Shown here piece by piece: positions 22,554 to 36,106 of a DNA stretch of 64,000 nt (position 1 is its first letter; each line of letters begins with the position of its first letter). The stretch is taken from assembly GCA_013239625.1 (NCBI GenBank), contig MU054323.1, positions 372,001 through 436,000 on the forward strand, in the 5' to 3' direction. The notes below the pieces were generated by a model, which was not told the origin of the DNA, ran no database searches, and saw nothing but the letters and a program-made list of their open reading frames with translations. The DNA is from Lama guanicoe. Lineage: Eukaryota. The position numbers and the translations under genes are program-made.

Positions 22554-24595
22554 TCACATAAAAATATGACCAGTAGTGACTAGAGATTACGTAACTGCAT
22601 GCTTAGCTAAAAGGATAGAGCTGGTATGGAGGATGTGAAGCCCCCGGGTACTGGGGTCCGGCTTTGTGAAGAAGTGGACATCACTTTTCTTATTCAATTG
22701 CTTCATTACACATATGGGGAAACTGAGGCCCAAGAGGTGAATACATTTGCTCAGTTGTGGTCCAGTTGATTGGTTGGTGAACCAGGACGAAATTCTGGAT
22801 CTCCCACCTGCTTGTCCGTCTATAGTGATTTCATGATTCTTTTAAATTTCTATTTAAATGGTACTTGATTTTCATAAAATTCACTAAAAATCGGTCAGTC
22901 TCACCATCCAGACATATGTACCATTAACATGCAACACACACACACATATATACATATTCAATTTATAGATTATATATCAGTTTCTGCTTTTTAATCATAA
23001 CATTATAAATATTTTACATGACACTAGGAATTTTTCTCTAAATGTGATTTTTAATATTTATATATGATATTTTCATATGGATATATCACAGAATGAACTT
23101 ACCTGAAAGACTGGTTGTTTTTGTTTTTGTTTTTTTTTTTTTAACTCTCAAGTAAAATCTGTTTCAAGACATGCCTATCAGCCCAACCTTTTGAGGGCAA
23201 GCAAAACAATCCCAGAGAAATTTCTAGCTCAGAGAGGTTGGTTATACGTCCCACATGGTGATATTTGGGCATGATGGACCCATAGTTTCCAGATTCCCCA
23301 GAGTGGCTTCCGTTAATTTGATGCTTTCTGTCTCGGAGGACACGAGGATGTCTCCTCTCAGCTGGGTCTCCGCATCTTGGTTTGCAAAGCTTGGCTCTCT
23401 GACCGAGCCAGAAGCCCTCAGCTCTTCCCAGTCAGCTGAGGAGCAAAGGGAAAGCTGTGGACTTTCCCAGCATCATTAATTGAACCTCTGGAGGGGGTCT
23501 GCGTTTACCAAAGAGAAAGATTCTTTGAGATTTTTAAATGACCAACATGAAATCAATTCCTACAAGACTAACAAATTAGGAAAGAATGAGGAAGGATGTC
23601 CAGAGAAATGACCTCAGGTCATTGCCGGGTCCTTAAAGTCCCTTCTGAATCATCAAAGAAAGCTTGCATTACCGCTAGGATGGTTATAATGTCAGGTTCA
23701 ATTTATTATGTCTGGATGCCTTGAAAATTAATCATTTAAATGTAAGTATTTTATTATTTATTTATGATCTATACCCTGCTGACTTCCAAAAGTGAACCAG
23801 AAATTGCCTGCCATGTATGTATGTGTGTGTATGTGTGTATATATATATACACACATACACAACACACATTTGTATTTTATTCGTATTTTTGTTAAAGTAA
23901 AATGGACATTGTTTTAGCAGCAACAACAGAAATCCCCTGCTCTATTCCATTACCTCCTGACTTTGTTCCTTAAAGGCAACTGGTTTCAGCACTTTAAGTT
24001 GGTTTTTATGTGATTTATTTCCATTTTTCTACATGCTTGTATTGGTATTTTTAAATTTATTAATGCTGGGCATTAGTCATATTGACTGCCAGTGCACCTC
24101 TAGTTGGTTACGGTGTGTTACTCATTCCTGATGGAGCACAAGGTATTACAGAATCAGAATCCAGGAAAGAGTATCTTCAATCTTCAGGTTACTTTGGTTG
24201 TCTTGAGGATTTAAGCTTCTTATAACTACCTCCGTCACTTCCTCTCTTCCCATCCTCCCAATATAATTACTTCTCAATTTGTAGTTAAATCAGTAGTCAG
24301 GATTTATACTTTTACTATGAAAATATTTTTCACTTAAAAGACAAGAATATTTCCTTTTTTAAAAAATACAGTATTTTGGTTTCTTCTGGAGTTAATAATT
24401 CTTGACATAGGACTCTGTGCATACTCTTCATTTTAAAAAATCTTTTAAGTTCTAGAAAGAGTTTTTTTTTTTTTCCCCAAGTGCTTACATCCATCAGTTA
24501 CGTTTTCCCACCTGCAGAACTCCCTCCCATGGCTCTCTGTCTTCTGCTTCCATCTGGGTTGCTCCTGAAGCCTGATCCACAGCTGTTGTCCTGGG

Positions 24596-25490
24596 ATGTA
24601 GGAGACTGCGTGGTAGAACATAGTCACTGTCCCTTCCTGGATAGGCATTATATTTCCAAGTCCCATTGATAACAGGCTTAGTCTTGTGGCTTGCTTGGGC
24701 CAATGAAATGTGAGTAGACGTGGCATGTGTGTGTATCACTTCTCAGAAGAAATTTTAGAGCCTGACTATGGTTTGCCATGATTTCTTTTATCCTCTGCCA
24801 TGATGGCTGTCAACATTTCAGATAAAAGATACTCCATCAGGTTAGATCTGGAGTGAGTGTTACTGAGTCCAAACTTGTTCTGCCCACTGCACAACAGGCC
24901 AGTAAATCGGGAGACAAGGTGTTGGGGCAAGGAATAACAATATTATTTGGGAAGCCAGCAGACTGAGAAGATAGCAAACTATTGTTCTGGAGAACCACCT
25001 TCTCCAAGTCATAATTCAGGCTCCTTTTATACTAGAAAGGGGAAGAGGTGTGGTTGGTTATTGCAGACTTCTTGGTATTGGAATCCTTTGTTCTTGCAGC
25101 TGTCCACGTAGGTCAGGTCATGATGTTTCTGAAAACCTCCAAGGAGACAAATGTTATTCTCTGTTGTGCAACTTTTTGTCTCTAAATCAATGGAAAAGTG
25201 TTACACCCTTAAAGATCAGAGCCTTGAGAATGGGCTGTCCTGTAGATTTCAGGGTATAGGCAACATTCTTTTTACAAAAGGTACAGAACCAGCGTGACTC
25301 AGCCCAGGAAACAGAGCACTGGGTTAGAGCTGAAGGAGCAGATCTAACATGGCATCATCTTGTTCTTCGCTATTCCATAAGGACAACATGGAGCAGAGCC
25401 ACAACAAACGGACAGCGGACGTGCAGCAAGAAGTAAACCTTTGTAATTGTAAACTCCAGCATCCAAGCCTAGCCTATTTTGTTTGGGACA
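24596..25490 (+). mobile_element. MLT1I-like MaLR LTR split by an ERV1 LTR
   Basis: gcttgggccaatgaaatgtgagtagacgtggc...ctggagtgag | gacaacatggagcagagcc...aagtaaacctttgt...cctagcctat. Confidence 0.8.
24858..25377 (-). mobile_element. ERV1-class solo LTR (520 bp)
   Basis: TG...CA termini (tgttactgag...tattcca), near-perfect 4-bp TSD tgag/taag, minus-strand TATA (ccttttata at ~25023-25031). Confidence 0.82.
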
Positions 25491-27455
25491 TATGACTTAT
25501 CATTGCTGCCTTTTTATGTTGGCTGTTGTATTCCAGGTTTGCTGGTTTGTTTTGTTTATCTATCACCCCCCGACTCATCTACGTATCTATGTATCTGTGT
25601 ATCTCTCTCTCTCTCTCTAATTGTTCAATCTCTAGTTTTGATGGAGCATAACTTAGGCTAGCTTCCTAAGAAATGGTGTATGAGATGTAAAATTGTTGAG
25701 TTCTTGCATTTAAAAAAATCATTATATTTTCACATTATTTAGCTAATTTGGCTGGGTATAGAGATTTATGTTGAAAATTGCTTTCTTCCTGAAATTGAAA
25801 GCACTGCTTCTTTGTTTTCTAATGTTCTGTGTTGCTGTTGAAAAGTCTGATGCCATTCCTTTAGGTAGATTTCTGATCTTCTTCCCTGGGAGCTTTTAAA
25901 TCTTTCCTTATCTCAATGTTTTGGAACTTTACACTGATGTAACTTACTATAAAATTTTTTTTCATTCTTTTTTTCATTTTTGAATCCTGGAGCTCATGTC
26001 CTTTCCTCTTAGGAAATTTTGTTTAAAAAAAAGCAAATCATGTCTTAAGTCATTTTCTACACTATAAGTTTTCTCTTTCTATAAATAGTGTAAGTCAGAT
26101 GTTAGGGATCCTGGATTGATCCTGACAATTCATCTTTTTTGTTCTATTTTCCAAATCTTTTCTATTGAAGAAGATCTAGAAGATTCCTCATTTTTATTTT
26201 CTACTCTTTTTTATTGAATTTTCCATCTTAGCTAAGCTAAAATTATTTAAAGTATTCATTTATGGGAGAATAGAGAGAAGATGACTTTGGGAAATCTAAA
26301 TCCACAATATTTAGCTGTAAAATTTGTGTGAACCTTAAAGTCACTGGGTTTAGTGTCTCCCATCCCCAGTCCCACCCCTAATTCAACAGAGGCAGGGGAT
26401 GGTTCCCAGAAAGGAAAAGGGCTTGTCTAAGGTAACGTACCACCTCCTACTTCAAATCAGCTGCCTTTCCACCACCATGTTGTGCCTCTCCTCTGATCAT
26501 GGCTGAAACGTTGTTTCAGTTGTACTAAAAGGCACGTTTTAAATTAGATTTTGAATGAAAGTAAACACTGAAGATTGGCTGGGGCACCATAAAAACTGGG
26601 CACTTGATCAGTGAGCATCACTCAGGGATGTGAAAATGTAGTTCCTCTTCCATCTCTGACTTACTCTCTGATTTTGGCAAGTCATTTTGTCTTTCTAGAC
26701 TTTGGTGTCCTCATCTACATACTGAGAAGCCTGGAGTAGTTCATTGCTTTTCAAATTATATTCCTTAGAGCACCAAGAGTTCTATGGGGCCTTGGCCCTG
26801 ATGGCTTGGGGAAGGGGCTGAAATAGGAAAAGGGAGTTAGGGCTTTGGGCCCTAACTCTACTTCTGCCTGAGCAGTTCCACTTGGATCTTTTTTTATGTA
26901 TTTGGTTTTTAGGTAAGCTTTTACTGCAAAAACTAGATTCTGTGGCTAAATGGTTGAGAACCACTGAACCAAACTTCTCTAGGTTTTCTTTTGGCTTTTC
27001 TGCCTCTCTGATTAGAGATGTTCTTTCAGGGACTCACTTAGACAGGCTCAAATTTATACGCTGTCGAGCTCCCTGGAGTTCCTATAAATTAGGATGCACA
27101 TCGAGATAATTACCATTCTGGAATTCTAAGCACTTAAATACAAGTCAATCCTTATAACCCCCTTTTAAACCAATTGCCTCACTGCAGACATGGTCACTCA
27201 ATATATATCATCGAATGCCAATAAAACAGGAAACTCGATCCTACCATTTCCCCGATTAGATAGTACACGGGTTAAAGCCAGAATCTCAGCCATCATTCTG
27301 CTGGCAGGATCTTGCTTCTCTCCGCAGAGTCAAACGCTGGTTGTCAGGCCAGGCACAGGGGTGTACCCAATCCCCTTGGCCTCCCATCCCCTTGGCTCTG
27401 GAGAGTCACAGAATAGACCAGCTTTCAGTTCCTTGCCTTTGAGAAGGAAACATTT

Positions 27456-28179
27456 CTTTTCTTCTTTTTTTTTTTAATTGAAGTATAGTTTATTTACAAT
27501 ATTATGTTAATTTCTGGTGTACAGCATAGTGATTCAGTTATACATATATATATATATATTCTTTTTCATTATGGATTATTATAAGCTATTGCATGTAATT
27601 CCCTGTGCTATACTGTAGGACCTTGCTGTTTATCTATTTTATATACAGTTGTTTGTATCTACTAACCCCGGACTTTTGATTTATCCCTCCCCATCCTTTT
27701 CCCCTTTGGTGACCATGAGTTTATATTCTATGTTTGTGAGTCTGTTTCTGTGTTGTAAATAAGTTCATTTGTCTCATCTTTTTAGCTTCCACGTATAAGT
27801 GATATCATGTGATATTTGTCTTTTTCTGTCTGACTTCCTTCACTTAGTAAGATAATCTCTAGGTCCATCCATGTTGCTGCAAATGGCATTATTTCATTCT
27901 TTTTTAGGATTGAGTAGTATTCCACTGTATCTTCTTTATCTATTCATCTGTTGATGGACATTTAGGTTAATTCCTTGTCTTGGCTATTGTAAACAGTGCT
28001 GCTATGAACACTGGGGTGCATGTATCTTCTCAAATTGGAGTTTTCTCTCTATATATGCCCAGGAGTGGGATTGCTAGAGCATATGGTAAGTCTAATTTTA
28101 GTTTTTAAAGGAATCTCCATACTGTTTTCCATAGTGGCTGCACAAAATTACACTCCTACCAACAGTGTTGGAATATTGG
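27456..28179 (-). mobile_element. 5'-truncated young L1 with TSD
   Basis: Poly-T, 3'UTR and ORF2 end (gtccatccatgttgctgcaaatggcattatttcattc); 13-bp TSD gaaggaaacattt at 27443-27455 and 28180-28192. Confidence 0.92.
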
Positions 28180-31100
28180 GAAGGAAACATTTTCTGCTCT
28201 GTTCGACCACGTTTAATAATCATGAAAGGAAACAATAGGTCTAGGCCAAACACGACTGTCAAATGGCAGGGCTGGGAGTGAGCAGACCAGCGTCAGAGCC
28301 TGGGATTAAAGAAGCCGAGATCAGTGATGGATCCCAGAGGACCAGGAGGACAGCTTCACCAGGGTATACCTGCTCTGAAAAAGAGCCTGGTGACATGAGG
28401 GACTGAGCCAGAAAATGGTTTTAGGACTCTGAAATCAGAATGCTCTTCCTAGAAAGCCCTTAGTAACTATATGATAGACCCTCCTCATTGGATACATGGA
28501 AAAACTAAAGCTCAGAGAGGGGACACCCCTTGCCCAGGGTCACTCGCAAGTCAGTATTTCACTTCTCCCAGCCTACGTTTGCAAGTCCCCAGGCACCTCT
28601 GAACAGGGACAGGGCACTTAACTAAGGTAACTGACAAGGAATGTTTTCTTGAGAAGGGAGGGCGAAAGCATCAGACTTTCCCTCTGTGGACCATTACTCA
28701 ATAGACAGAAGCCAGTGCTCCATTAGCCAAACTCAGACCAAATTCATCACCATGTGAGATGCTGGACCTCACACAGGACCAGGGACTTCAGAGAGTATCC
28801 AGTGTATGTGGGAATGTCTTCCTGTCTCCCCTGGCTCTCAGCCCACACCAGTCTGTGCCTGTCGTTAAGTTTATCTTGAGTTAAAAATACCACCACACCC
28901 CAGACACTCAGTCCTTGGGCCACCTCTGTTATGTTTATTCCTGATAGAGCATCCTGTCCTTTCTGAGGTTGACAGTCTGTGGCACTCCTCATAAGGACAG
29001 GGAACACACACGTATCATTTCCTTCTGTAAATAGTCATTCAATTAATGAACATCCACCGAGAGGAGGCGGCTCATTCCAGCCTCCCTGGCTGAGGGTTTT
29101 GGTTTCAGGAAAATGCAGATCGGGCAGCAGATGAAATAAAGCCGTCACCAGCCCCCAGGACAGTCTCAAGAGGGGGGACTCTCTCTGTCTTCTACAGTTG
29201 TTGCCAGGGAGCAATTTGCCCTTGAATCCAACATACCACCCTGAAACTGACAATTTCATTTCCCTCCCAGCCCGCCCCCTGCCCCAAAGATCTGCTGAAA
29301 CCGCGAGCTCCATCCGAGAAGCCGGCAGGATAATAGGTGAGTTCCATCCATCAGTCAGCGATAATAGTCACAGACGTTCGCGACGCCTTTTGTCTGCTGG
29401 TTTCCCTGAGGATGCAGGCTGGGGACCTGGGGTATTTGCACTGCCTTTGTGTGTGTGTGCTTTTAAAATCAGTCCTCTTGTTTACTTTCCTGCCTTCACC
29501 CAGGCTGTTTACTACCTTTAGAGGGGCCCAGCCGCTAAGTCAACACGCATTAAGACCCAACATCAAAATGTCATAATACGAATGAGCAGAATTCGGAAAG
29601 GCCAGGGACATTGGCCGCTCTGTTGGGTTCTGTTTAGTCTGAGGGTAATGAAGAGCTCACAGATGACCTGATTCCATTAAACTAGGTCAGATTCCGCTGA
29701 AAAGCGGCTATGACTCTCACCCAGTTAACCAGCGAGCCCTCCCTCCCTCCACCCCCGCCCCCACCTCGGGGCTTGAATGCTTTCTGGGAATTAACGCTGA
29801 GTTTTGTCAATACAGTAGCTAAATCTCCATGGAATAATTGGACCTTTCCCTTTAGCTTCTGTTTGTGCAGTGGTGAGGCCAAGCACGGGGTGGGGGTGGC
29901 GGGGACGGGTGTGGAAGGCTGGGGAACGCGGATGTTGCCTTTTGGAGGACGTTACCCACAGGGTGCAGGACGTATGATTCAGTTGTAGCAGATTGCTCTT
30001 GAGCCAAACATTCTGAGTTCCAGCATCTTATCTGAGGGCTGTATTGACGGAAGCAGCTGAACCGACTCAGGGAGGAGTTACCATGCAAACAAGGCTTTCA
30101 ATGTGTGCTGTCTCCCCAGGCACAGCTTCAGAAATCCCGCGGTGGGGAGCAGGGGAGGGACTGTCTGAGAGTGGAGGCAGGAGGCAGGAGGCAGTGGTGT
30201 CTGAAGGGCTGCTGGAGGCCGAGTGCCTGTCCTCCTCCTCTGCGCTCTGGAGGGCAAGACTGGGTCAGTGGTGGGCATTCTGGGCACGCAGACTTCACTC
30301 ATCCACATAGAAGAAAGCATTTCTGACGGTTAGCACTGCACAGAGGTTGGACGGGCTGTCAGATGAGATCGTTGGTTAGACTTTATTAAGCATCCGCTGT
30401 CTCAGGACGATGTCGGGCACTCCGTCTACCTTTGCTCTGAGCTCCACAACGTCCATTGAAGGTGAGAGATGAGGGCGCTGAGGGTTAGAAATCCTAAGTG
30501 ACCAGAGCGAATACGTGGCAGGGTCAGGATATGGACACGATCGTTCTGCGCTTCTGCCCTTTCCACAGCCCCCACTGTCCCTTCCCTCTTGCTCAGGAGC
30601 GGGAGCTTTGAGCGTCGCTGGGATTTTGCAGAGGGGATTTGTGCCCGGAGGGTGAATTATGCATCGATGGAGGCTGGACCAGGTGCTTTCTCCCGCAAAC
30701 TTTCTCCAGGAGAATTGTGAGACTTGAGGATGGCAAAGTTCAGATTTTTTTCTTCTTAAAGAAACTGAGGGGAAGATCCTTGGAAGCAATTTCAGAACAC
30801 CATCCCCCTCACCTCCTGCTTGTCCAGATCTCAGCCTCCTAGCTCCATCTCCTTGGGGCTGCTTCTCTGGCCAGCTCAGGCCTGCGGGGTCTCTTGTCTG
30901 GGGCATCCACAGGACGGACTGGGCAAGTTGCTCCCTGGGGACTGAGCTTACTGGGTGCTGGGCACGCTGCTTCACTGGCTGAAGGTCTGGCCTCCCTGAG
31001 GACTGGCTTGAATCCTGAACATCCGAGTCCCACCCAGCAACAGGTAAAGGCTGTGAACACAGTTGGTTTCTGAGGACACACTAAGTATCAGTCTCCACTT

Positions 31101-31339
31101 GTACAGAGCAGGAAGAGGAAGTGTCTCCCAGGGCCTGGCGTCTGGAGACGTAGGACAGATTCTATTTCTAGTTTAATCTCTGCTTCTTCCTGTGAACCTT
31201 GGACTGTGACACTTCCCCTGGACCTCCATTTCTTTTTCTTTATGGCGGAGGTTTTAATATACATCTTACAGAGTTATGGCGAGGATCCTATGAGATCGGG
31301 CATGTAAACGGGCTCAGGGGGCTCGAAAGGGCTACAGAG

Positions 31340-31890
31340 ATGTGAAAAGTTCCCCTTAGGCTGCAGAAAGCAACTTGAATTAACTTAAGCAAGACAAGAG
31401 GAAATTATTTTAAAGAGAGGGTTCAGAGGTAGCTCTCTCAAGCCTCAGGAGGAATTGGAATCCAGAAACGTCAGTCCTTGTGAAACCCGAGCAGCCTTCT
31501 CCTTCCGTTACCTCTCCTCTTCCCTGACCGTCCGTTTCTTTCTCTCTCTCCGTTTGCCGGTCTCTCCGTGGCGTAGAAGACGGCTGCCCCAACGCTGCTG
31601 AATTTATAGGACGCAGGACCCAGTCACAGCAGGAGAATCCGTCTCTCTCTGTTTGTCTCTCTCAACTCAAAATTCCTGAGTCGGGACATGGATTGGCCCA
31701 GTTTGGTCAGGTTATGACTCCCCGTGGAATCATCCATGGCCAGAGGGGTGGAGTCACCCTGTGCAAGCAGGTGTGGGGGCCTCTTCCCTGCAGCTATGTG
31801 GACAGGGTGGATGTATGTGCAGGGAGTTCTAAAGAAGAGGTGGCAGTTCCTGGGCTGCACAGGCAGCTCATAGATACCCATCATACTTGC
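31340..31890 (-). mobile_element. Old ERVL/MaLR LTR (LTR33 or MLT1K/L-like)
   Basis: ttaacttaagcaagacaagaggaaattatttt...gattggcccagtttggtcaggt...ggccagaggggtggagtcac. Confidence 0.6.
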
Positions 31891-32455
31891 TCTGATTATC
31901 TAAGGCTGTGAAACAAAGTACCGCACAATTCAGAGGCTTAAAACAACCATTTAGTATGCTCACTGAATCTCTGGGTCAGGAATTCTAACAGGGAGCAGAG
32001 GGAGTGACTTGTTTTTGCTCCATGATGTCTGGGGCCTTCGCTGCCAGATTCAAAGTTTGGGGCTGGAATCATCTGAAGGCTCGTTTGGTCATATGATTCG
32101 CAGTAGCTGCTGGCTGTCGGCTGGGGGGCTCGGTTCCGCTCCGTCTCATCTTCCCCACGTGGTGGGCTGCTTGGGCTCCCTCACAGCATGGTGGCTGGGT
32201 TCCAAGGGTGAGCATTTCAAGGGCCAGGCTGAAGTCACATCGCCTTTTCCACCCGGCCTTGAAAGTCACACAGCATCACCTGTACACACTGTATTCCGTA
32301 GCCTTCGTTGGAAGCGAGTCACTGAGGCCGGCTCATGGTCAAAGAGAAGGGAAATTAAACTTGACCTTTTGATAAGAGGAGAGGCAACAGTCTAGACAAA
32401 CACATGGGATCATAAATATTACTGTGGTTTTGGGGGGAGAATAAAATCTGCCACG
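31890..32455 (-). mobile_element. MLT1H-like MaLR LTR
   Basis: ggcttaaaacaaccatt...ctgggtcaggaattc...gggctggaatcatctgaaggctc...cacagcatggtggctgggttccaa...aaaatctgccac. Confidence 0.85.
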
Positions 32456-32530
32456 GTGCTCATAATCATTCTAATAAAACTTTGCAAGTAAGAACCCGAG
32501 GGACCACCTGATAGGGTTATAGAATTAAAC

Positions 32531-33056
32531 CAGAGGTTTCCCAAGTCAGTTTGGCTCAAGGTTCCCCTGGGCCAAAAGAAATACCTAATGGTTCTGTTTA
32601 TTAAGTAGTTATAGCCAACAACTCAGAAATTATTTATCTCTCCACAAATTAGGAGCCATTTGAAATAGTAATTCCCACCAAGTGAAAGAGAAGGGACTAT
32701 TTTTATTTCATCCTTAAAGAACGCCGACGAGGCGGATGTGTGAGGTATGTCCCTGCTTCTCAGGTCCTGGGCTCTGACTGGGCGCCACCACCTTCACTTC
32801 CGGTTCCACGCTGGTTTTCTCACTGCACCTGCTTGTTGTCGCTGACAGCCCCCTGAGCCCAGCTCTGCAAGGATTTGGTGTCCTCGAACGGACTGTAGCA
32901 TGACCGAACGGTGAAACACAGAACGACCTGGAGCTCACGGTTTGTGCGGTGACTGGTGGATGTCAGGAATTGCTCTGAAATGTAAAATGCTCTTTCCTCG
33001 CCTGTGAATCTGCTGTGGGTCTCTGCGTACCTCAGCACACTGGTAGGGAGTCATGG
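32531..33056. mobile_element. MER119-like hAT-Charlie element
   Basis: gggccaaaagaaatacctaatggttctgtttattaagtagtt...; minus ORF 32714-32938 retains a hAT C-terminal-like peptide. Confidence 0.8.
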
Positions 33057-34254
33057 GCTTCAACGTAGTGGGATCCAGAACGAGGGCCTGATAAACATGC
33101 CAGAGTTACAGTTTCTTAACAGATATTCAACTTCCCGACAAGGGCATTCAGACTTCTGATTTCTAGGATGTGCTGAATTTGGGTAATTTTGAGTCCTGGG
33201 TGGTTTGGTTGGTTTGTCAAACTCATGAATCTTAGGGAAGCACTTTGGCTTTCTTTCATTTGTAAGAGGTGGGAAACCATCACCTCCCCTTCTCTTAAGG
33301 ATAGTAAACTGTGAGTTACATATTGCCTTTAAGACACTGACAGTTGCTCTGGAAGATGTCACGTCGAGACCAAAGGGACGGCATAAATATAGGGGGTACA
33401 TATCTATGTGACAAGACTTGCCAAAGCCCAGCCACACTGGTGGACAAAGGCTGAGTGTCATTTAACTCCAAACTTAAAGCAGTAATCTTTCCACTACCTG
33501 ACATAAGGTGAAATCTTGTATGAGTGGTAAAAAAATTCCAGATGAACCCACCCCATCTCCAAACCAAAGAGTTTTTGAGGCTTCTGAGACTAAATGAAAT
33601 TAGAATATTGACATAGTCTCCAAGGCAATTTCTTATTTAGTTCAGAACTTTCTATATGACCCTATGAGGTCATTTTGTAGCTTTTAGTTCCGTCTGAGCA
33701 CTGAGGTAGTAAGAAGTCTTTTTTTTTCTGAAGTTACTCGACAAGTTTCAAATTAAAGAGAAAATATGCATTCATCTAGAGAGTTCACCTCCCTGATCTA
33801 GAAAATATGGCCCCATTTCTTCCTCTCTTTCTCTCTCTGTCTCTCTCTCTCTCGGTTTCTCATAATTCTCAGCCAAGACAATGGGAGTCATGTGATATGA
33901 CCGAGAAATTGGGCCAGTTAAAAATAGAAGGCATACTCCACCAAGTTCATTAGAAAGTTGAAGTTTCATTGTTGGTTGCCCTTAATTTATCTCTGCCTGC
34001 CACCTGGGTAGGGGGGCAGGACAACAGACAATCACCGATTCAGGGAGCCAGGGCCCCCCGTCCCCCACCCCATCCTCTGGTTCTATGTCCTCCCCTGGCT
34101 GAGCAGCTCTGCTGATTGGAGCTCACCTGGGCCCTGATGACCTCCTCTCCGGACCCCAGGGAGCTCTCTCCTCTGGGAGCAGTTCGAGTTGTGAAAAAGC
34201 TCCGCTTGGCTTCTCCTCTCTCTTGGCAGCAGCTCTGCCTCGTGTATTCAAGAC

Positions 34255-34724
34255 AGCACTGAATTTTTAGGGTATTGTGGGTTCAGTTTCAGATCACAGC
34301 AATAAAACAAATATAGCAAGAAAGTGAGTCACACATATTTTTCGGGTTTCCCAGTGCATATAAAAGTTATGTTCACAATATACTGTGATCTATTATGTGT
34401 GCAATACTATTATGTCTAAAAAACAATGCACACACCTTAATTAAAAAATACCTTATTGCTAAAAAATTCTAACCATCATCTGAGCCTTCAGCAAGTCCTA
34501 GTAGTCACATCAAAGATCACCGATCACAGATCCACAAAACAAATAAAATAATGATGAAAAATTTTGAAATATTGCCGTATTTACCAAAATGTGATAGAGA
34601 GACATGAAGTGAGCCAATGCTGTTGGAAAAATTACACCAGTAGACTTGCTCGATGCAAGGCTGCCACAAACCTTCACGTAAAAAATGCAGTATCTGCGAA
34701 GCCCAATAAAATGATGTCTGTCTG
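34255..34724. mobile_element. Tigger1a_Art-like non-autonomous Tigger1 derivative
   Basis: Both Tigger1 ends joined (gtttcccagtgcatataaaagttatgtt...catctgagccttcagc | catcaaagatcaccgatcacagatc...gcagtatctgcgaagcccaataaa), followed by TA. Confidence 0.88.
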
Positions 34725-34789
34725 TACCTTAGTGAACATTCAAGAAGACACTGCAATCTCTTTCTAAGATGTTGACCTCTGCCTTCTCC

Positions 34790-35100
34790 CATTTATTCAT
34801 TCAGTGCTTGCAGAACACCTTCTATGTGGAAGACTCGGCGCCTCCAAGGACCCAGCGATGGATGAGGAATGGGCTTTGTCTGCAGGAGAGACAGACATCA
34901 AAAGTCCGTGCTTCAGGACAGTGTGTTGGGTACAGTGAGCTTACACGGTGCAGCGTGTGGCAAAGGGGATGCTGCTGCAGAATTCTGTGGGAGAAGTCTT
35001 CAAAGAAGGAAAACACTCTGACCTGGGTCTTTTAAGAGAGATGAGTTGGGAGTGACAGGCAGGTGGTAAGGCCATTCCTGGAGCGGGGAACACCTTCTCT
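34790..35100 (-). mobile_element. L2 3' fragment
   Basis: catttattcattcagtgcttgcagaacaccttctatgtg...ccattcctggagcggggaac. Confidence 0.65.
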
Positions 35101-36106
35101 ATTCCTCCCTGATGGCATCACGAGACAGAAAGCACGGGGCTCTATCAGCGCTGTGTAACATAGCAAATGAGGAAGGTCATTGACAAACTAACCAGGGTGC
35201 TTCTGAATTTGCAGGAAGCTTCTGACCCCTTTGGGACTCACCACCATATCTGAGCTGTTCTGTTAACAATACCCGAGGGTCTGTGCCTGGCACCAGGCAG
35301 CCTTCCCTGGGTGGGAGATACCCAGCGAGGGGATCGCTCTGGTTTTGAAATGCAGATAGAATGATGCAAGCTTTATTTCCATCTTTACCTCATACGTGCC
35401 AAGAAAGGGCTCAATATATCCCTCCCCATCACCCCCAAATAAAGAGAGGAGATCAAAACCCCCACCTTGAGAAGCTCTGGAATCCCACAGCCTTGGCCCT
35501 GTTTGCATCGCCTCGTCCATTCCCACAGAACAGTCTAGTCAGGGGTGGGTTTCAATTTACCTGGGATCAGGTTGGAAGGCTGAGTGCCCGCCAATTACCT
35601 CTCTAAAGGCAGGGCCTGGGACCAGAGAATGGAAGCGGGCATCACGTCAGGCATGTGTGATTACAGGTGAAAGGGGGAATTCAGGCGGGAGAATTGAGGG
35701 GAGGGGAGGAGGAAGCAGAGCCGGAGGGATTATGTGTCCCCGTGGGCCCTTCAGGAGGCCCGCTGCTCCTGCTCGCCCTGATCCGGTGACGGCAGAGGGG
35801 CTGCGTTCGTACGGCTCAACACACACCGAGGGCTTCCGCCTGGGGCGGTAGAAAGGGCAGGGCGTTGGGTGTCACCTCGACGTGGGCCAGAAGCACCGCG
35901 GTGGCTCCGGTCAGCTGTGTGACTTTGCACATACTGCTTCCTCAAGTAAGTCCCAGTTTCCTTACTGGCAAAAAGTCCCAGTTTCTTTACTGGTAAAATG
36001 AGGCTAATAGAACTGACCTCTGAAGCTACGAGAATTAAATGATACAGTGGAAGTAAAGATGTGGGCCTGGGGTTAGCTACATAGCACATGGCAGGGGATG
36101 GACAGA

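Larger units (their letters stand above)
23870..26230 (-). mobile_element. HAL1 / ancient L1-related element, interrupted by LTRs
   Basis: tggagcataacttaggctagcttcctaagaaatggtgtatgagatgtaaaatt...ttggctgggtatag...gttgctgttgaaaagtctgatgccattc (25640-25860) is HAL1-type; AT-rich 3' part at 23870-24590. Confidence 0.65.

Noticed and set aside
24858..25377. Possible MER41-like interferon-responsive LTR
   Set aside because: I could not find an intact TTCnnnGAA GAS pair and cannot assign the family without a database
30376..30975. 199-aa minus-strand ORF (similarly 44126-44653, 48316-48882, 52509-53102, 62027-62530)
   Set aside because: Rich in P/G/S/R, no homology I recognise, no supporting exon structure
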